This document shows, piece after piece, positions 57,198 to 64,000 of a stretch of 64,000 nt of DNA. Where the stretch lies: the NCBI GenBank assembly GCA_020726185.1, contig DYTB01000003.1:12451-76450 (forward strand). Direction: 5' to 3'. The position numbers and the translations under genes are program-made. The DNA is from Candidatus Odyssella sp. GTDB lineage: Bacteria; Pseudomonadota; Alphaproteobacteria; Paracaedibacterales; CAITNM01. Positions within the stretch are counted from its first letter, which is position 1. Each line of letters starts with the position of its first letter. The notes beneath the pieces are model-generated. The model worked only from the letters and a program-made list of their open reading frames with translations. It searched no databases and was not told the origin of the DNA.

Positions 57198-58012
57198 TAA
57201 GCGGCTTCCTGAATTGTTTCTTCTTTTTTTAAATACTCCAGCAATCCAAATCGGCGAGCTACTTCTGTGCAGCCAGTCCAATTGGTTCCAAGTCCTATGC
57301 TAGAATCTAGTCTTTCGCCAGATTCAGCATCGATAATCGATGAAGAGTCCAATCCAAAAGCATCAATCAAAATAAGTTTCGTTGCTTCAAAAAAGTCAGC
57401 TGAAAAAACACGACCAAATTCCAGACAGTAATTTGCTAATCGCAAATTTAAAGCGGAAAATTGTCCAAGCAAAAAATCATTAATACGACGAATGGCACTA
57501 AATAATACTTCAAGTTCTTCTTCTTGAACCCAACCTAGAGCGTAAGCATGTTGAGGAGCAATAACTGTCTGAACGCCGTCTTTATTTTTTAAATATAATT
57601 CAATAATTGGTTCGCTAATCACCATGCCCGATTCTAGGTTAAAAAGCTTAGCCAAGGAATCAATAGCAATATTGTGTACACGAAAACGAAATGGCATTGG
57701 ATCAGCCAAACGAACAAGTTGTTCTCGCATATTCAAGCGCTTAATAAGATGTGTTTCAACACCAATTTGATTTAAACGTTGCATTAGTAGTTCAGAAAAA
57801 CGGTTATTCAATGCCCCATGAGCACTAGATGCTTGCAAATCTTCTTTTTGGTCAAGGCTGTCCTTGAAATACAAAACCAATGTTCCTGGTTCAGGGCCAT
57901 CAAATAATATTTTAGTTCGGCCGTTAAATAATTCTTTACGGCGAGTTTGTTGACGAGCGGTGGTAAAATTTTGGACGTCTTGTGTCACTAGAGACCTCAA
58001 CCAGACTGACAT
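57197..58012 (-). CDS. purC: PurC (SAICAR synthetase) homologue with degenerate active site
   Basis: KILFDGPEPGTLVLYFKD, RLNMREQLV, LEFGR, EVARRFG match alphaproteobacterial PurC; catalytic motifs are replaced. Confidence 0.8.
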   Translation of the reverse strand: MSVWLRSLVTQDVQNFTTARQQTRRKELFNGRTKILFDGPEPGTLVLYFKDSLDQKEDLQASSAHGALNNRFSELLMQRLNQIGVETHLIKRLNMREQLVRLADPMPFRFRVHNIAIDSLAKLFNLESGMVISEPIIELYLKNKDGVQTVIAPQHAYALGWVQEEELEVLFSAIRRINDFLLGQFSALNLRLANYCLEFGRVFSADFFEATKLILIDAFGLDSSSIIDAESGERLDSSIGLGTNWTGCTEVARRFGLLEYLKKEETIQEAA

Positions 58013-58110
58013 TACCTTACTTTACATATAGCAAGCCTATGTCCAATTTACAAGTTTTTCGTTGTATATCCATCATTTTGTGGGGATTTAGCACTATTTA
58101 AATTGAGAAG

Positions 58111-58202
58111 TGGCGGAGAGAGGGGGATTCGAACCCCCGATAAGGTTTAAACCCTATGACGGTTTAGCAAACCGTTGCCTTAAGCCACTCGGCCATCTCT
58201 CC
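58111..58202 (-). tRNA. tRNA-Ser(GCT)
   Basis: GGAGAGATGGCCGAGTGG...ACGGT-TT-GCT-AA-ACCGT, long variable arm, GGTTCGAATCC, ends in GCCA. Confidence 0.97.
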
Positions 58203-58250
58203 GTGACTATATTTGTATTATCCCAGCTAATAGTTGTCAACTAAAGAAGT

Positions 58251-58265
58251 TTAACAAATTGTTAA
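58251..58265. promoter_or_regulatory. CtrA-box-like palindrome upstream of the RodZ-like gene
   Basis: TTAA-CAAATTG-TTAA (TTAA-N7-TTAA) ending 28 nt before ATG 58293; AT-rich background lowers specificity. Confidence 0.35.
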
Positions 58266-58292
58266 GAATCTCATTGGCTGCTAATAAAAAAC

Positions 58293-58748
58293 ATGCTTAA
58301 ATATGTTCGTAAGTCTTTTTTACTTGGTGTTTATATGGGTAGTGCTGCAGTGAAAGTGCTGGATGATATTGAAATGAATACAGTGCCTCAAACATTGGGA
58401 CTTATTTTTAAAACCGAAAGGACTAAGCAAAAATTAACGCTTGAAGTTATTTCAGAGCAGCTGAAAATTCGTAAAATTTTCTTGCAAGCTATTGAAAACG
58501 AGCAATTTGACGAATTGCCCGGTGGAGTATACACCATTGGTTTTATCCGTTCGTACGCAAAATATTTGAATCTTGATCAAGAAGCAATTATTGAACAGCT
58601 TAAAGATGAAAGCTTTTTTGTCCCGGCTCCTTTGAAAAGTGTGGGTGATGAGCAGCATTTTCCAACTAGCAGATTTGTTCCTAGCGGTATGGTTTTTGTT
58701 GGCTTGCTGTTACTTGCTTTGTGTGCGCTATCTGCTATTTTTTCTTAG
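58293..58748 (+). CDS. RodZ-like HTH_25 membrane protein (short)
   Basis: RTKQKLTLEVISEQLKIR...AIENEQFDELPGGVYTIGFIRSYAKYLNL followed by a C-terminal TM. Confidence 0.85.
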   Translation: MLKYVRKSFLLGVYMGSAAVKVLDDIEMNTVPQTLGLIFKTERTKQKLTLEVISEQLKIRKIFLQAIENEQFDELPGGVYTIGFIRSYAKYLNLDQEAIIEQLKDESFFVPAPLKSVGDEQHFPTSRFVPSGMVFVGLLLLALCALSAIFS

Positions 58749-58820
58749 ATGAATCTCCACAGCTTCATATTAATTGGCCTAGTACGGATTCGAAGACAAC
58801 TTTGTAGACTATCGTATATC

Positions 58821-60244
58821 TTAAAGTATTCTTGTTTTTTTGTACGCTTGAAGGGCTCTGTCCCTTGATTCCTTTAGGTTAATTATAGGATTGGGATAAG
58901 TCTTCCCCAAATCAATTTTGCAATTTTTTAAAACAGTTGCAGGTGCTTCCCAAGGTTTGAATAAAATTTGTTAGGAAGTTGACTGAGTTCAGGCACAAAA
59001 TGCCGTGTATATTGTCCTTCTGGGTCAAATTTTTCTCCCTGAGTTATTGGATTGAATATTCTAAAATATGGAGCAGCATCTGCTCCTGTGCCAGCAATCC
59101 ATTGCCAACCTGCGCTGTTATTTGCAAGATCTGCATCAACTAAACAATCCCAAAACCAATCACGTCCATGATGCCAATGAAGCAATAAATTTTTCACTAA
59201 GAAAGACCCTACAATCATTCTTACTCGATTGTGCATATAGCCTGTTTGCCATAATTCACGCATGCCCGCATCGACAATAGGGTAGCCGGTTTGGCCTGCT
59301 TTCCATGCCTCTAAATATTCATTATTCTCAGTCCATGAAAAATTATCAAAAGTGCTTTGAAAATTTTTATGTGGCAAATTAGGAAAATGATAAAGTAGAG
59401 AATGAGAAAATTCTCTCCAACCGAGTTCACTTAAGAAGCAGTCAACATCAGCTGTATAGCCTTGATCCATATTTTTAATTTGAGCACTATACCATGCTTG
59501 ATTAGGAGATATTTCTCCAAAATGTAAGTGAGGAGACAGTCTGGAAACATTTTTTTTGAAGGGGTAATTTCTATTTTCTTTATAATTTTTCAAGCCATTA
59601 TCAGCAAAATTTATTAATTTTTCTTGAGCAGCTTTTTCACCAATTTCCCAGCATGATTCTATAGATTTATTCCACTTAGTAGATGGTAATAAATTAAGAT
59701 TCTCTATAGAGGTATTATTATGAACATCTTTCACTAGTTTCAAGTTTTCAGGCTTAGGAATTCGAGGCGCTACAGCTTGTAAACATCCCCTGGTATAAAA
59801 AGGAGTGAATACTTTATAAGGAGTGTTGTCCTTTTTTAAATTTTCCCATGGTTCCCAGAGTAATGATCCATTAAAACTTTTGCATTCTATATCTTTTTTT
59901 TTCAAAGCTTCTTTTATGGATGAATCATTTTTGATGCGCCATGGCTCATAACATCTGTTCCAATAAACGGTATCTGCAGGGGTATTTTGAAGTATTTTTA
60001 AAAGAACTTCTTTTGAATTTCCGACATACACATTTAACGAATTTGATAGGCATTCATTCAAAGCGTTCAGAGAATGATGCAACCATAGGCGACTAGCACT
60101 GCCCATTTTGAATGATTCTGCTTCAAGGTCATCTAAAATATAAATAGGTAACACTGTACCATTTTTAGCAGCTTCAAAAAGCCCAGGATTATCACTAATT
60201 CGTAGATCTTGGCGAAACCAAAAAATGGTGATTTTGCTTATCAT
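58821..60244 (-). CDS. phrB: Deoxyribodipyrimidine photolyase (frameshift near 3' end)
   Basis: WFRQDLRISDN, SRLSPHLHFGEIS, ELGWREF, TGYPIVDAGMR, MHNRVRM, DADLANN; the C-terminal KPWEAP...YPNPII tail is in the next frame after a T4 run at 58963-58966. Confidence 0.92.
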
Positions 60245-60352
60245 AAGTTACCTTTTTTCGCTGAGACTGCACGAGTATATTGAGCAAATGCTCTTGCAAA
60301 TACTTTAAGAGTTCTGTACAAGTGCAATCGGTTCTTGAAAATTTAGTTTGTT

Positions 60353-61705
60353 ATGTTCTTATCTTCTTTTAAAAGTATCACACTGTTGATTACGTGTGTT
60401 GTGCTTTTTTCGTTTGGTGGTTACGCAAATGGTGACGATTTAAAAAATACCGATCCAAATCAGCCTTTAGAGGCTAGCATAAGTTCTTGCATTAAAGATG
60501 TTCAAGAAAACCTATGGCTATCACAATTGGAGTTTGAGCAAGTAGAAAGAAAACCTGAAGATTATTCTTTTGAGGGCTGCTTTTTAAGAGCGACCAATGC
60601 TCCTTCTCCTCGGCCAATTCCCGGGCCAATAGACCATCTTGCGCATGATCAGAAATCGCTTACTGTAGCAAGATCTACGCTAGCTTGGATTATGCAAACA
60701 ACTAATACGGTTAGAAAAAAATTAAAAACAGATGCAGCAAGAAAAACCTTAGATTCTGTTATGAAAGAATGTTACATAGAAACGGATGATATTGAAAATG
60801 CGTTAAAGAGATGGTCTAAAAAACTCCCGAAAAAATACCCTGTGGATGTCGTTGATTATGAGCTTCATGATCGTTTTCAAAAAGCGTCTTCTAAAGCATT
60901 TGCTGTTTTGATTGCGCATATGAAGCCTGGAATATTAGCTGGAACAGCTTATGAACAAACAGACGTGGAAAGTTTGTGTGGTTATTTTTGTGTTATTGAT
61001 TCGGTACTTGATGATTTTTTTGAAGAGAGAGGGTTTTATGGTGCATTACAGCGTCAATTTGTTAAATGTTACGATGCTGTTCCTAAGGTGGATGTTATTG
61101 CACGTGCTAAAATTTTGAAATACGTTAACGGTTTTGGACAACGTGCACTTTCTGCTGTAGATGATCCCGATGACTATGAAGAGCAGTACGCTATTTTTGC
61201 TTTAACTAGTAATTATGAAATGGCCATAAAATTAGCATTTGTTAATAAAGCTCATCCAGATATGGATCATTATGTATTTAGCCAAGTCTGGAGATTGTAT
61301 CATTTTTCGAAGCATGCCCAAGACTTATTTGATTTTTGTAAGAAAAGCGGAAGAAAAACAATCGAAGACACACTAAAAGTAGGTGGGTGGATTGTTTGGA
61401 AGCAGGCTGAACAAAATATATGGGTTGATTCAAAGGGTTGCATAAGCGTAAGGCTGAAAAATAACAAAAAAATTTTTACCGTAGGATTTTTAGCCGAAAA
61501 TCCTAAAAATGCAAAATATAAGGAAGGTCTAGATACATATATTCTTGGGGATCGGCGTACAGAAATGTTAAAGTATCGCCCTATCCAAGGTCTTCCTTTT
61601 GTGATTTCAGGAGCTCTGGATGATGGCTATACGCCTTATTGGCATACAGAAGAGTGGGATGAGAGGTGCGATCTTATGGCGGGTGCTCATGAAAAATATC
61701 TTTAA
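60353..61705 (+). CDS. Secreted hypothetical protein
   Basis: 450-aa ORF with signal peptide ending GGYA; helical composition; no confident family. Confidence 0.6.
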   Translation: MFLSSFKSITLLITCVVLFSFGGYANGDDLKNTDPNQPLEASISSCIKDVQENLWLSQLEFEQVERKPEDYSFEGCFLRATNAPSPRPIPGPIDHLAHDQKSLTVARSTLAWIMQTTNTVRKKLKTDAARKTLDSVMKECYIETDDIENALKRWSKKLPKKYPVDVVDYELHDRFQKASSKAFAVLIAHMKPGILAGTAYEQTDVESLCGYFCVIDSVLDDFFEERGFYGALQRQFVKCYDAVPKVDVIARAKILKYVNGFGQRALSAVDDPDDYEEQYAIFALTSNYEMAIKLAFVNKAHPDMDHYVFSQVWRLYHFSKHAQDLFDFCKKSGRKTIEDTLKVGGWIVWKQAEQNIWVDSKGCISVRLKNNKKIFTVGFLAENPKNAKYKEGLDTYILGDRRTEMLKYRPIQGLPFVISGALDDGYTPYWHTEEWDERCDLMAGAHEKYL

Positions 61706-63063
61706 GCTACATCAAGCTCTGAAATAGTTCCTGTTATAGTGTTGATGACATCATTCAATAAGGTTGCATCATCTCCTTGTGCCATAATGCGAATTAGTGG
61801 TTCTGTTCCAGATTGCCTAACAAGTAATTTGCCAAATTGATCTAGGCGCATTTTAGCGTCATCAATAACTAATCTAATGCGATCATCGTTTAAGTTAATG
61901 GCGTGCTTCGTGCGTATGTTGCGCAGAATTTGTGGTACAGGTTCAAAAGTATTCCCAATAGCGCTTGCTGGCATGTTGGTGGCCACCATTAATGCAAGCA
62001 CCTGTAGTGCTGCTAACAATCCATCACCTGTAGTTGTATAGTCGCTTAAAATAATATGACCAGATTGTTCCCCGCCGACATTGCATCCTTTGAGCTGCAT
62101 CATTTCTAATACGTGTTTGTCTCCAATATTAGACCGGTATAGTTGCAATCCTTTGCAAGAAAGGTACCTTTCCAGACCAAGATTTGACATGTGCGTGGCA
62201 ACAATGCCATTGCCTTTTAAAAGATCTTGTTCATGCCAAAGCTTTGCAATCAATGCCATGATTTGATCGCCATCTAACACATGACCATTTTCATCAACAG
62301 CAATAAGTCGATCAGCATCTCCATCAAGCGCAATGCCGATGTTAGCCTGATGTTCCAGCACAGCTTGTTGTAGAGCTGAAGTGTGTGTTGCTCCGCAATC
62401 TAAGTTAATGTTAACGCCGTTTGGTGCGTTGCCTATAGCAATAACGTCTGCTCCTAATTCCCATAATACTTGGGGTGCAACTTTGTATGCCGCTCCGTTT
62501 GCGCAATCTACGACAATTTTTAATCCATCAAGTCGCATTCCTTTTGGAAAACTTGATTTCACAAATTCATTGTAGCGCCCTAATGCGTCATCAACGCGTC
62601 GTGCTTTTCCAAAATCTTTGGCTTTTGCTAAAGAAAAATTATTTTTATAAGATAATTCTTCAATATATTTTTCACTTTGGCCATTAAGTTTAAAGCCTTG
62701 GGCATCAAAAAATTTAATACCATTATCTTCGAAAGGATTGTGACTTGCAGAAATCATGACACCTAAGTGAGCACGCAATGTGCGTGTTAGCATCGCCACA
62801 GCAGGAGTGGGAAGAGGTCCTAGCAACATAACATCAACGCCCATGCTCACAAAGCCAGATGTTAGAGCTGATTCCAGCATATATCCAGAAAGTCGTGTGT
62901 CTTTGCCAATGACAACTGTGTGTCTGTGTTGTGATGACGACGCAAGTTGCGTGTTTTCTTGTAAGTATTGCGCAGCAGCCATGGCAACTTTTAAAATTAC
63001 ATCAGCAGTCATTGGTGGCTCATTAACGGCTCCACGAATACCATCTGTTCCAAATAACTTCAT
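61702..63063 (-). CDS. glmM: Phosphoglucosamine mutase
   Basis: LFGTDGIRG, GKDTRLSGY, SASHNP, DGDADR, GGEQSGH, SGTEPLIR; ATG 63063 overlaps the mnmA stop. Confidence 0.97.
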   Translation of the reverse strand: MKLFGTDGIRGAVNEPPMTADVILKVAMAAAQYLQENTQLASSSQHRHTVVIGKDTRLSGYMLESALTSGFVSMGVDVMLLGPLPTPAVAMLTRTLRAHLGVMISASHNPFEDNGIKFFDAQGFKLNGQSEKYIEELSYKNNFSLAKAKDFGKARRVDDALGRYNEFVKSSFPKGMRLDGLKIVVDCANGAAYKVAPQVLWELGADVIAIGNAPNGVNINLDCGATHTSALQQAVLEHQANIGIALDGDADRLIAVDENGHVLDGDQIMALIAKLWHEQDLLKGNGIVATHMSNLGLERYLSCKGLQLYRSNIGDKHVLEMMQLKGCNVGGEQSGHIILSDYTTTGDGLLAALQVLALMVATNMPASAIGNTFEPVPQILRNIRTKHAINLNDDRIRLVIDDAKMRLDQFGKLLVRQSGTEPLIRIMAQGDDATLLNDVINTITGTISELDVA

Positions 63064-64000
63064 GATTGCTCCTCCGGTTGCTGCAGGTGCTCGGATGTTA
63101 TCCATCCTCCACCTAATACTTGATCGTTTTCATAAAATACACAAGCTTGCCCAGAGGCAACGCCGTATTCTGCATTTTCAAATGTAACTTTGGCACAAGT
63201 TGGGCCAGTCACAGTAACTGTTGCATGCACTGGAGAATGAGTTGATCGTACTTTTACCATGCATCTTAATCCATCGCGAAAATGCTCAAGGCCTCTTAGC
63301 CAATTCATTTCCTTTAAATGAATAGTGTTAACTGCCAATGCTTCTTTAGGGCCTACCCATACTTGATGTTTTATAGGGTTTAACCTAATTACATAAAGTG
63401 GCTCAGGGGCAGAAACTCCAAGGCCCTTGCGTTGACCAATGGTGTAATTAATAATTCCTTCATGACGACCTAGCACAGTGCCACTAATATGAATAATGTC
63501 GCCAGAATCTAGCGCGCCTGGTCTTAGTTTGCTAACAAGGTTTGCGTAAGAACCATTTGGCACAAAACAAATGTCTTGGCTATCTGGTTTTTCAGCAACG
63601 GTTAACCCAAACCTAGCCGCATGCTCCCTGGTTTCATGCTTTGGAAGTCCACCTAAGGGGAATCTCAAATAATCAAGCTGCGCTTGAGTTGTGGTAAATA
63701 AAAAATAGCTTTGATCACGGCTATGGTCTAATGCTCTGTGCAGTTCGGCGCGTTCTTTTTCAAATCGTTGAACATAATGTCCAGTCACTAGCGCTTTGGC
63801 ATCAAGGTCGCGGGCTGTTTGCAGCAAGTCTTTGAATTTTACTTGTTGGTTGCAGCGTACACAAGGAATTGGTGTTTCGCCTTGAAGATAAGAGTCAACA
63901 AAATCATCAATGACTTTCTCGCGAAAAACACTTTCATAGTCTAATACATAATGAGGAAACCCCATTTTATCTGCAACGGTTCTGGCGTCGTAAATGTCCT
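63060..64000 (-). CDS. mnmA: tRNA 2-thiouridylase MnmA (5' part outside window)
   Basis: TPIPCVRCN..VKF, TGHY, DQSYFL, KPDSQDICF, YTIGQRKGLG, GQACVFY; frame open to the window edge. Confidence 0.96.
   Translation of the reverse strand, partial: DIYDARTVADKMGFPHYVLDYESVFREKVIDDFVDSYLQGETPIPCVRCNQQVKFKDLLQTARDLDAKALVTGHYVQRFEKERAELHRALDHSRDQSYFLFTTTQAQLDYLRFPLGGLPKHETREHAARFGLTVAEKPDSQDICFVPNGSYANLVSKLRPGALDSGDIIHISGTVLGRHEGIINYTIGQRKGLGVSAPEPLYVIRLNPIKHQVWVGPKEALAVNTIHLKEMNWLRGLEHFRDGLRCMVKVRSTHSPVHATVTVTGPTCAKVTFENAEYGVASGQACVFYENDQVLGGGWITSEHLQQPEEQS

Noticed and set aside
58111-58202. tRNA-Ser as an integration site for an island or prophage
   Set aside because: No integrase or duplicated tRNA 3' end in the window; the flanking genes are core.

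Overview
AT-rich alphaproteobacterial chromosome segment, most consistent with a Holosporales-type intracellular symbiont. This is inferred from an ATP/ADP translocase occurring with rpoN, a PTS enzyme I, pyk/tpiA/gpmI and a purC-bolA-grxD remnant. The backbone is housekeeping: rsmH-ftsL-ftsI-murE, hda, priA, gpmI-envC-ctpA, lptAB, lptFG, fumC, bcp, ppiD, tpiA, fabD, mutY, miaA, pyk, rpoN, surA, ruvAB, sdhE, tlc, prfB (programmed frameshift), rlmE, grxD, bolA, tRNA-Ser(GCT), photolyase, glmM and partial mnmA. It also has a cobalamin riboswitch-btuB-tonB unit. Orphan genes with Sec-type signal peptides but enzyme-like folds sit between the core genes, and these are the most interesting content. 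They are: (1) an AID/APOBEC-like Zn-deaminase hidden across two ORFs by a one-base shift (53554-54721); (2) two tandem PvcA/Dit1 isocyanide-synthase homologues with signal peptides (8362-10607); (3) a protein with a plant IQM-like SGHY domain (16868-18280); (4) a methyltransferase-like protein. A 35.0-38.8 kb island holds two barrel-less beta-helix paralogues with near-identical ends, 38-bp palindromic REP/RPE-like elements, and a fic gene behind three 41-bp palindromic tandem repeats. Several single-base indels break otherwise intact genes (fumC, ptsP twice, DUF1003, photolyase), so assembly error must be excluded before any frameshift is called biological. All family calls come from motif recognition by eye; no database searches were run.
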